Source: Octopus vulgaris
Lineage: Eukaryota
DNA: 64,000 nucleotides
Assembly: GCA_951406725.2 (NCBI GenBank)
Contig: OX597829.1
Coordinates: forward strand, 23,622,001 to 23,686,000
Direction of reading: 5' to 3'
This document shows, one piece after another, positions 53,929 to 64,000 of the stretch. The number at the start of each line of letters is the position of its first letter. The stretch's first letter is position 1. The translations under genes and the position numbers were made by a program. The notes beneath the pieces were generated by a model, which saw only the letters and a program-made list of their open reading frames with translations, ran no database searches and was not told the DNA's origin.

Positions 53929-53985
53929 GGAGGAGAAGAAGAAGAGAAGAAGAGGAGGAGAGGAGGAAGAAGAGGAGGAAAGTGT
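53035..53985. repeat. ATT, GAT and polypurine GAA/GAG tracts, including a 12-bp GAGGAGGAAGAA minisatellite
   Basis: Directly visible. Confidence 0.95.
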
Positions 53986-54214
53986 GAAGTTGTATTAGAG
54001 AGGATGAGGAGCTGTATGGAAAGGAAGAAAGAAAAAAGTATATGAGAATTTGGAAGAAAGAAGGCAAGAAGATAGTGGGCAGTGGGGTGAAGGGCAGTGA
54101 CAAGAAGGGAAATGGAAAGAAGATAGATGAAAGTAAAAAGAGAGGGTGACTCAGTGGGTGGGGAAAAGGTGAGAGAGAAAATATAAATGACAGTTGCAGA
54201 AGTACTGACAAGGT

Positions 54215-55000
54215 ACTGGCAGAAACGTTAGTACGCCAGGCGAAATGCTTAGCGGTATTTCATCTGCCACTATGTTCTGAGTTCAAATTCCGCCTAGGTC
54301 GACTTTGCCTTTCATCCTTTCGGGGTCGATTAAATGAGTACCAGTTACGCCCTGGGGTCGATGTAATTGACTTAATCCGTTTGTCTGTCCTTGTTTGTCC
54401 TCTCTGCGTTTAGCCCCTTGTGGGTAGTAAAGAAATAGGTATTTCTTCTGCCGTTACGTTGTGAGTTCAAATTCCGCCGAGATCAACTTTGCCTTTCATC
54501 CTTTCGGGGTCGATTAAATGAGTACCAGTTACGCACTGGAGTCGATGTAATTGACTTAATCCGTTTGTCCTCTCTATGTTTAGCCCATTGTGGGTAGTAA
54601 AGAAATAGGTATTTCTTCTGCTGTTACGTTCTGAGTTCAAATTCTGCCTAGGTCGACTTTGCCTTTCATCCTTTTGGGGTTGATAAATTAAATACCAGTT
54701 ACGCATTACTCCAAATTTCTGGTCTTATGCCTTTAATACAGAGGATTATTATTATTATTATTATTATCATTATTATTAAGGTGGTTAGCATGCTGGGCAA
54801 AATGATTAGCTGCATTTTGTCTGTCTTCACATTCTGAGTTCAAATTCTGTTGAGGTCAACTTTAGCTTTCATCCTTTTTTGGGGTGGGGTGGGGGATTGA
54901 TAAATTACGTACTAGTGAACCACTGGGGTCGATGTAACTGACTTAGCCCTCTCCCCCGAAAATTCAGGCCTTGTGCCTTTAGTAGACAGGATTATTATCA
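54215..55000 (+). mobile_element. SINE B concatemer
   Basis: Three units joined at AAGAAATA|GGTATTTC, plus an older fourth copy. Confidence 0.9.
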
Positions 55001-55025
55001 TTATTATTTATTTTATTCATTATGT

Positions 55026-55254
55026 TCAGGAGTGGCTATGTGGTAAGTAGGCTGTGTGGTGCAGGAGTGGCTGTGTGGTAACTAGCTTGCTTACAAACCA
55101 CATGGTTCCGGGTTCAGTCCCACTGCATGGCACATTGGGCAAGTGTCTTCTACTATAGCCTTGGGCCGACCAAAGCCTTGTGGTTGGATTTGGTAGATGG
55201 AAACTGAAAGAAGCCCATCGTATATATATATATATATATATATATATGTGCATA

Positions 55255-55287
<33 letters not shown>

Positions 55288-55502
55288 GTGAGTATATGTT
55301 TGTGTGTCTGTGTGTGTCCCCCAATATCGCTTGACAACCGATGGTGGTGTGATTACATCTTCGTAACTTAGCGGTTTGGCAAAAGAGACCAATAGAATGA
55401 GTACTAGGCTTCCAAAGAATAAGTCACGTGGTCGATTTGCTCGACTAAAGGTGGTGCTCCAGCATGGCTGCAGTCAAATGACTGAAACAAATAAAAGAGT
55501 AA
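55026..55502 (+). mobile_element. SINE A with a stuttered 5' end
   Basis: GGCT(A/G)TGTGGT head motif occurs three times before the full copy. Confidence 0.88.
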
Positions 55503-56224
55503 GTACATATGTATTCATCATTATTTATTTATTTTATTCATATTGCCAGGGGTCATTTAGCTCAATAATATAGAGTACTCAGCTGCAATTGAAAGGTCCT
55601 GAGTTCGTTTGTCTGTAGCAGCTTCTGGCTACTTTTAAAACGACGGTGCTTCAGCGTGGCCGCAGCTCTGAGCTAAAACTAAAAAAAAAACAAAAAAAAA
55701 TTTTTAGATAAATTGAAGCATGTCTTTGACAAATACATTGAGGTTTAAGCTTGATGCAGGAATTTTACCCGACCCTGTATTTTTTGAAGAGGATTTCTAT
55801 TGAATAAGACTTCAGACAAGAATCAAATCATCTTCAAATAGTGTTAAAATGTTCAGAACACAACTAAAAATGAAAATATTACTTTCGTATACATGACACA
55901 AAAATATGAGCTGATCAAGCACATGGATTGAAGACATTAATATTTGTGTGTATATACAAAACAAACACTTAGTCAGTGAAAAGTGTGTGTATACATTTAA
56001 GAACGTTTATACTACAATGTAATCAAAACATTAGATGACATGTAGCTGTTTTGATGCAATAAGAGAATTCAATAAGGAAACCATGAAATACTGCCAGGGT
56101 CAAATAGCAGTTTGGATGTAGAGCAAGAATGAGATGAATAACAATTGAAATGTCTTTAATTAAAGTGCAGGAAATACCTATTTTGTATTTCTTTGGTGAA
56201 ATATTCCTTGTACTTGTGATACAA

Positions 56225-56720
56225 GACTGACAAATATCAAGGAGTGATGTTTGTTGAGGTCACAGCCCATAGATTTAGGAAAGCTCTGAAGGAGGCTAAA
56301 CTCAACATTAAGATTGTTGAAAAGCCAGGGAGCTCCATCAGATCACAACTATGTAAGGCGTACCTTTTTGAGAATATCACATGCACCAACAATAACTGCA
56401 TAGTATGTAGGATTAACCCTGGCATTAACTGTAGAACTAGAAATGTAGTCTACAGCATAAGGTGCTTGTAAAGACAAGAACATGATATACATAGGTAAGG
56501 CATCTAGGAGCATTGTGGAAAGACTAAATGAACATTTGAGACAATATGACAAAAAAAAAATAAAAACAATCCTCCATACTCTACTAACATGGAGGCAACC
56601 TGGATCAACTTGACATCTGCATTTTATCCAAGCATCCGAAGGACCCAACACTCAGACAAATACAGGAGTACCTCCTCATAAATGAAACATCCCCTGTACT
56701 AAATAGAAAATATACATAGT
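56225..56720 (+). mobile_element. Penelope-like element, GIY-YIG endonuclease relic
   Basis: CTNNNCIVC...NCRTRNVVYSIRC / CKDKNMIYIGKASRSIVERLNEH. The Cys-rich linker suggests the Neptune type. Confidence 0.85.
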
Positions 56721-56841
56721 AGTAAGTCATACCCTTATACCCACAGTTTATATATATACACAGGTAGAATAGTTAGTGGGTTGTTATGTAGATGTTTGTA
56801 TGTGTGTGTGTGAGTGTGAGTGTGTGTGTGTGTATGTATAC

Positions 56842-56873
<32 letters not shown>

Positions 56874-57650
56874 TTATGCATATGTATGTAGGTAAATGGG
56901 TATGAATGTAACCAGATAGACATACAGATAGATAATATGAACAAGCACACATACACACATACATACGCAAATGAAGACTGAAACATATGACTATATACAC
57001 ACACCCACATACAAACACACACACAGACACATGAACATGCAGAATACATATATACAAACATATGCACATACATGCATATATGCATACACACACGCACACA
57101 AACATGCATCACACTGACACACACACACACACAAGCGCCACTGGGCAACGTGCTTTCACTTTCTATATCCACTCCATATATGTGTGTATGTATATAAATA
57201 TATAAAAAATTTTTTCTGGTGAACACCGGTTTATGGAGCTACCCTGGGTTCACATATGAAATAAAAGCAGCTATATTCTAATAAATATTAATAACCACGT
57301 CTACTCCACCATGCTATTGTAGCCACCAGAAAATACATGAAGCGTATAAGTTAAGTATATGTGGTTATTGATATAATGTGTATGTGTGTTTGTGTACACA
57401 TACATACGTATGTATGTATATATGTAATTATGTATGTATGTATGTATGTATGTATGTATGTGAGTGGGATTGACTCAGTGCACAGCCTTTCCTCACTTAA
57501 AAAAAAATCTTCTTGCACAGGCATTGCATGATAACATTGATTAAGCTTCGTGCAATGGCCATACTTGATAACAAGAGGGCAGCCACCATGTATGTATGTA
57601 TGTATGTATGTATGTATGTATGTATGTATGTATGTATGTATGTATGTATG

Positions 57651-57705
<55 letters not shown>

Positions 57706-57709
57706 ATAA

Positions 57710-57973
57710 TATATTAGGGAATAAATCCAAATTTACAAGGAAAAATCAGATTTAAGATTGAATCCAATTTTATAATAAAATATTATATTATTATAAATTA
57801 GAGACAAAACCACTATTATGCAAATCAAACAAAGAAAGACTTAAGCCAATACATAAAAAATTATATAATTAAAATTTAAAATTTTAATTATATAAATTTT
57901 TTATGTATTGGCTTAAGTCTTTCTTTGTTTGATTTGCATAATAGTGGTTTTGTCTCTAATTTATAATAATATA
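57710..57973. repeat. Asymmetric fold-back insertion in (TA)n
   Basis: Near-perfect arms 57784-57877 and 57879-57973. The left unit extends to ~57710. Confidence 0.9.
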
Positions 57974-58407
57974 TATATATATATATAGTCAATCCATACA
58001 TGAACAAGCAAGAAAAAGCAACAACGCGAGGACGTGGACTAAGTACAGTGTTATTGGACGCTCAGGAAAGGAAAGAAAAGAAAGAGGATTTCACGTTTCG
58101 AGTCCAAAGAAGGGATGATGGAGAAAGAAAATCACCAACAATACACAGACACACACTCTTTTACTCTTTTATTTGCTTCAATCATTTAACTGAGTCCATG
58201 TGCTGGAGCACCGCCTTAAAGGGTGTTAGTCGAAGAAATTGACCTCCAGGAGTTATTCTTTGTAAGCCTAGTACTTATTGTATCGATCTCTTTTGCCTAA
58301 CTACTAAGTCCGGGGGACATAAACATGGCAGCATCAGTTGTCAAGCGATGATGGGGGAACACACACACACACATAAATATATACATATATATATATATAT
58401 ATATACA

Positions 58408-59215
58408 CAGGGGTTGGACAAAATAATGGAGACACCTAGCATCATAATTTTGAAATATCTATAAAACCGTCAAAAGCTTGTTTATTTTTATGCTTTTTTT
58501 ATTTATTTATCATTAGTGTCGCTTAACATGTTTTGCTAAAATTGCTGTTTCTTTTCAGATATCATCAGAAAAAGATAATTAAAATGACAGATCTATCGAA
58601 CTTTCAAAGAGGTCAAATTGTTGGTACTCGCATGGCAGGCGCTAGCGTAAAGAAAACAGCCGAAATTTTTGGTGTATCAAGAAGTACTGACTCAAAAGTA
58701 ATGACAGCCTTTGAGAAAAAGGGAAAAACCTCCTCATCGAAACAAAACTCTGGAAGAAAACCAAAACTTTCAGATAGGGACTGTCGGTCTCTTACGCGAA
58801 TTGTTAGAAAGGATCACAAAAGTACAGCTCCCAAAATTACTGCGAGCTTAATAACCACGCTGAGAACCCAGTTTCCACAAAAACTGCTCACTGGGAGCTG
58901 TACAAAGCCTGATTTCACGGGAGGGCTGCAATCAGAAAACAATCAGAGGACTGCAATCAGAAAACAAACGTTGCAAAGCGTTTAGAGTGGGGTAAAAACC
59001 TACAGAATTGGTCCCTAGAGCAGTTGAAGAATATTATTTTCTCAGACGAGTCATCCTTTACCTTATTTCCGACCACCGACCGAATATATGTATGGAGACA
59101 GCCAAAAGAAGCATTTGACATATACTACCTTCTTCCAGCTCTTAAACATGGAAGAGGTTCTGTGATGATCTGGTGGAGGGGGGAGGGTCTATATCTTGGA
59201 AATCCGCTGGCATTG
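58408..59215 (+). mobile_element. 3'-truncated Tc1 transposon
   Basis: TIR CAGGGGTTGGACAAAATAATGG; MTDLSNFQRGQIVG...GVSRST...SGRKPKLS (paired-like HTH); IIFSDESSF; KHGRGSVMIW. Frameshifted. Confidence 0.92.
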
Positions 59216-59589
59216 GAAGAATGTAATTTGTTTTCACGGACCATACTTTCAAACCCACCACTGTAAACACAAACATAACGTGTATTTATATGTAAACAAA
59301 ATAAGAACTACTGCCTACATTTACCCTTCCTAAAAAAAGTCGTCCTTAGAACGAATATACCTACCTTTCCACCACTTGACAAAATAACATGAATCTTAGA
59401 AGGCAATACTTGAAGTCTGTGACTTATTTCTTTTTCCCATACCTAATCGTATTAGTAACTGACTCTTGTATGTATCGGCTATCCTAACCATTTAGACCCT
59501 CTGATGAAGCCTAGAGGCACACTCAACATCCAAACTCTATCTACCTATCCCTACAGAACACTGAAGAGATGGAGCTAGCATGGATAATG

Positions 59590-60570
59590 TGTGATGGTAG
59601 TGGTGGTGGTGTGTGGGAGTAGTGGCAGTAGTGGTGGTAGTATTGGTGGCAGTGGAAGTAGTAATAGTGATAGTGGCAGTAGTGGTGTGCAGGCATGGTC
59701 CCAGGAATTGTTCGAAAGGAGGGTACTAGGTTAGAAGGGAATACAATTTCAGGAGAAAAGGGCGTAGTAACATTATTTAGAAGGGTGTACTTCCTTTCTT
59801 AAGGTGGGGAGAGGGAAATGCCCCTCTCCCCTCGGGTGGTATTAAGATGTATTAGTGGTCGTGGTAGTGATGGTCTGTGGGAGTAGTGATGGTAATGGTG
59901 TGGTAGTAGCAGTAGTGGAGTGGACGCAGTAGTGGTGGCAGCAGCAGTGATGACGGTGGTTGATACAGTGGTGGTGGCATTGATATATGGGAGTGGATGT
60001 GGTAGCAGTAATGATGACGGTGGTGATGGTGGTGGTGGTGGTTGACGCAGTGGTGGCGTATGGAAGTGGATGTGGTAGTGGTGGTAGCAGCATAGGCAGC
60101 TGTGGTGGTGGTGGTGATGCTGGTTGACATAGTGGTGGTAGTGGCGGTAGTGGTGGTTGTGGTAGTGTTGGTTGACGTAGTGGTGGTTTTGGTGGCGGTA
60201 GTGGTTGTTGTGGTGGTGGTGGTGATGTTGGCTGACATAGTGATGGCAGTGGTGGCAGTAGTGTTGGTTGTAGTAGTGGTGGTGTTGGTTGATGTAGTGG
60301 TGTGTGGTGGTAGTGGTGGTTGTAGTGTTGGTGGTAGTGGTGGTGGTGGTAGTGGTGGTGGTGGTGATGTTGGTTGACATAGTGATGGCAGTGGTGGCAG
60401 TAGTGTTGGTTGTGGTAGTGGTGGTGTTGGTTGATGTAGTGGTGGTGGTAGTGGTGGTTGTAGTGTTGGTAGTAGTGGTTGTGGTGGTGGTGATGTTGGT
60501 TGACATCGTGATGGTAGTAGCGGCGGTAGTGATGGTTGTGGTGCTTCTGGTGGTGTAGTGGTCGGTGGTG
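59590..60570. repeat. GGT/AGT low-complexity tract with internal longer-period duplications
   Basis: TTGACATAGTGATGGCAGTGGTGGCAGTAGTG-type units recur at ~60120-60510. Confidence 0.9.
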
Positions 60571-61313
60571 ATATGACTTTTATGACAAAAAAAAAAAGGA
60601 AAAAAAAAAAGAAGTAGAGATAAGAACAAATCGATTAATGTATTCAGAATATCCGTTTGATTTTATCGATTTTCGTCCAGTGATGTGAGTTAAGTGCTGA
60701 ATTCTTCATCCCGGGGAATATCCCCCAAATCACTCTTGAAGACAACATATGTATGTCTGCGAGTGATAAACAAATTGTGTATGTGCGTGTGTGTGCGTGC
60801 GTGTATGTATGCGTATGCATGTATATTGCATGGATGTTTATATGTATATATATGTGCATTTCTGCATGTGTGTATGTATATATGTACGTATGTCTGTATA
60901 TATGTATGTGTATGTATATGTGTGCATATATGAGTGCATGCCTGCCTGTATGTATATGTGTGTCAACATATGCATACATCTCTGAATGATGTCTGCATGT
61001 GTGTATCCGTGTATGTTTATTTGTATACACACACATGTATGCATGCTTGTGTGAGTGTTGTGTGTGTATGTATGTTTACATATATCTTTATATGTATGTA
61101 TGTGTGTATGTATTTATGTATGATTTTATAACTATGTGTATCCGTACACGTATGAAAACATGAATACGTTTGAATCTCTGATAATGTATATATGTTCTCT
61201 TCCGCTTTTAATTATTTGAAATCTTCCTCTGAGGGAAGGAGTTGGTTTCTAACAAAGATACAAGGCTCCATTGTTGGAATGTAGATAACAAAATCAACAT
61301 CACATATTGTATA

Positions 61314-61819
61314 TCTATATATATAAAACTGTAGTTGTGTGAGTGTCTGTCCCCTTCGATTTAGATTCCTAACTACTCCCACATTTTGCGGTGCAGTTTG
61401 ACCAAATTCGGGTATCTTATAGTCGTGATTCATATCGAGCCCGTCTGACTATTAGCGCGCGTCTACGATGAGTCTACGATTTTAAAAATAATTTAACATA
61501 ATTTTTTATTCCATTTTAATGCATAAAATGCATCGTGTGTCGATGGCGGCGGAGTTGGCGTCCATGGTCACAGCTGCACCTGTTTGCTTCTCCCCCTTCC
61601 CTCCCTCGTGAAACTGTGGGGAAGGGAGTGTAAAGAAATCAACGTCGTAATGCGTTGTGAAGGAAACCAGCGTTCTTTTAGAACAACGACTTCATGGCTT
61701 GAAGACACCAGAACAAAAATGGCTAAGAAAGCCCGAATTTATAAGGGAAGTAACTCTCTAAAAATGCTTATATAGTTATTTCCCTTACAAACCCGAGCAA
61801 CGCCGGGCGATACTGCTAG
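61314..61819 (+). mobile_element. Non-autonomous Helitron, copy 1
   Basis: A|TCTATATATATAAAACTG start, hairpin CCCG-AGCAACGC-CGGG, CTAG end. Confidence 0.92.
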
Positions 61820-62332
61820 TCTATATATATAAAACTGTAGTTGTGTGAGTGTCTGTCCCCTTCGATTTAGATTCCTAACTACTCCCACATTTTGCGGTGC
61901 AGTTTAACCAAATTCGGGTATCTTATAGTCGTGATTCATATCGAGCCCGTCTGGGTATTAGCGCGCGTCAACGATGAGTCTACGATTTTAAAAATAATTT
62001 AACATCATTTTTTATTCCATTTTAATGCATAATTTTTCGTGTGTCGATGGCGGCGGAGTTGGCGTCCATGGTCACACCTGCACCTGTTTGCTTCTCCCCC
62101 TTCTTCCCTCCCTCGTGAAGCTGTGGGGAAGGGAGTGTAAGGAAATCAACGTCGTAAAGCGTTGTCAAGGAGACCAGCGTTCTTTTAGAACAACGACTTC
62201 ATGGCTTGAAGACACCAAAACAGAAATGGCTAAGAAAGCCCGAATTGGCATCTATAAGGGAAGTAACTCTCTAAAAATGCTTATATAGTTATTTCCCTTA
62301 CAAACCCGAGCAACGCCGGGCGATACTGCTAG
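61820..62332 (+). mobile_element. Non-autonomous Helitron, copy 2 (head-to-tail)
   Basis: Exact CTAG|TC junction at 61819/61820; ends CTAG|T. Confidence 0.92.
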
Positions 62333-62384
62333 TTTTTAATATTCCACTTACAGATTGTATGTATTTGTAAAGTGTTTGTTAGCT

Positions 62385-62776
62385 ACTCTTTTTTTACTCT
62401 TTTACTTGTTTCAGTCATTTGACTGCGGCCATGCTGGAGCACCACCTTTAGTCGAGCAAATCGACCCCAGGACGTATTCTTTGTAAGCCTAGTACTTATG
62501 TTATCGGTTCTCTTTTGCCGAACCGCTAAGTGACGGGGACGTAAACACACCAGCATTGATTGTCAAGCGATGTTGGGGGGACAAACACATACATATATAT
62601 ATATACATATACACGACGGGCTTCTTTCAGTTTCCGTCTATCAAATCCAATCACAAGGCTTTGGTCGGCCCGAGGCTATAGTAGAAGACACACCCAAGGT
62701 GCTACGCAGTGGGAATGAATCCGGAACCATGAGGTTGGTAAGCAAGCTACTTACCACACAGCCACTCGTGCGCCTA
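62385..62776 (-). mobile_element. SINE A with well-preserved CpGs
   Basis: Full copy flanked by a short AGCTA repeat. Confidence 0.9.
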
Positions 62777-64000
62777 TAAGCTAGTTTATATTTTTCTAAA
62801 AACCTTAATTTTCTAGATTGTCATCTAGGCATGTACTAAGTGCACCAATTATTTTCTATAATCTGGATATAGAAACTGAAGGAATCGAAGTAGTTGTCTG
62901 CAGTTATCCTCTTTCTCTTTGATTTTCAGAGACATTCACCTCAGCAGGGCAGCTGATCACTATGATGGTACATACTTTTCTTGTTTATTTGTAAGTTGTA
63001 GAAATTTGCAGTTTGTAGAAATTTTGACGGAAATTTCCACCAATATTCTTTGTGTTGATATTTCTTTGTGTATTCAGTAACAGGAGGATTCCTTATATTT
63101 ATTCCAGGTCAATCTTTTCCCCGATGACATTGTATACTCTTTTAGCAACATCATCATATTGCATTGGGAAGTTGTACCATGGTGATATTTTTCGGCAGAT
63201 GTTGATAACTGATGTAGCCAACATTTTCGGCTACATTTTGGGGTTCTAAAAGCTTCGTTGTCTTTTTATCTATTAGATATTCTGTAACGGCCTCCTCCTG
63301 GAAAAGCATAATCACTGAAATGTGATGTGATGTAGCAGTCACGTGTCTAAGAAAGGTTGCACTTCATGACGATATTAATGTCATGTTTTGTCTTTATGAA
63401 ACATATCCATGTATAACCTTTTTCCATATGTTGAGCATTTTACAGCTTTGAAGTATGTTAGAGGTATGTATGGGTGGTTATGTAAATCTTGTACATAATA
63501 TTTAGGCCAGCAATATTCTTTCTGCCAACTCTGTTGGTGCTGTAGCAAACCAATTGGGTATGTCAATGTGGCCTCCCATAGTTCTTTTAAATATACATAT
63601 TAATGAATTTCAGTAGAAACTCAACCTTTTGTACCAGTATCCAACTACTCAGCCTGTTCCAAATTCCTCCCCATTAAGTAGTTTGCTTACAGCTACGGAG
63701 AAGTTTCGGGCGAGGGGATGAGTGCGTGTATTTTACTATCGATGTTTGTACGCTATTCTTTCGTAACTGTATTTAGCCACTTTCTTTTCATTCCAGATTT
63801 TAGACCAAAATGATTTAAGATTTTTAGAAGAGCTTTCTTAACAATAATATTTTCTTCCTCACCTTGCGATGTAATGCTTGTGATTTAGAAGCAAACTTGT
63901 GATTTATACTGTCTCTCAGTTATTATTTTACGATAACGAAGTTTTTCGCTCTGCGTCAACGATAATGAAGTTTTTCGCTTAGCATCTACGATAATAAAGT

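Larger units (their letters stand above)
61200..63900 (-). mobile_element. Degenerate RLE-type LINE interrupted by a SINE A and a Helitron dimer
   Basis: FWSKIWN; FQEEAVTEYLIDKK; YDDVAKRVY; EYWW; CTIIVISCPAEVN; LLRFLQFLYPDY; IIGAL. The 3' UTR (ATTCCAA...GTTAGAAACCA) resembles 8100-8190. Confidence 0.7.

Noticed and set aside
53078-54211. Arg/Lys-rich protamine-like and poly-Ser/Leu ORFs
   Set aside because: Polypurine GAA/GAG repeats.
59495-59530. Hammerhead start CTGATGA-AGCC-TAGA-GGC
   Set aside because: No GAAA or stem III follows; at most a truncated Penelope tail.
59799-60629. 276-aa Thr/His-rich ORF resembling a mucin
   Set aside because: Low-complexity GGT tract open in several frames; no splice or domain support.
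63154-63342. Polinton packaging-ATPase-like 'SHHISVI' motif
   Set aside because: Neighbouring frames fit an RLE retrotransposon better (DVAK, WW, ISCP, LYPDY, IIGAL).

Overview
Eukaryotic, AT-rich, microsatellite-dense DNA made almost entirely of interspersed repeats. The SINE/LINE repertoire looks cephalopod (Octopus-like); this is an inference from repeat style, not a database match. I could not support any intact host protein-coding gene, rRNA, true tRNA or CRISPR array, and most entries in the ORF track are microsatellite artefacts. Recognisable content: at least four tRNA-headed SINE families in dozens of copies; degenerate LINE pieces (RTE, CR1/L2-like, and R4/Dong-like elements with a restriction-like endonuclease, RLE); Tc1/mariner transposase relics; piggyBac-, pogo- and mariner-type MITEs; non-autonomous Helitrons, including an exact head-to-tail dimer; and a Penelope GIY-YIG relic. 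The most interesting signals are: (1) asymmetric fold-back insertions carrying minimal type-I hammerhead ribozyme motifs, one intact on both strands at 19500-19650; (2) a tRNA-headed SINE with a hammerhead/Penelope-type tail inserted as a head-to-head palindrome inside one 10-bp target duplication (15152-15661); (3) retroelement families that each sit in their own microsatellite class (TAA, CATA, CAA/CAG, TA); and (4) a young ~430-bp inverted duplication next to an RTE 5' junction with snap-back and stutter signatures.
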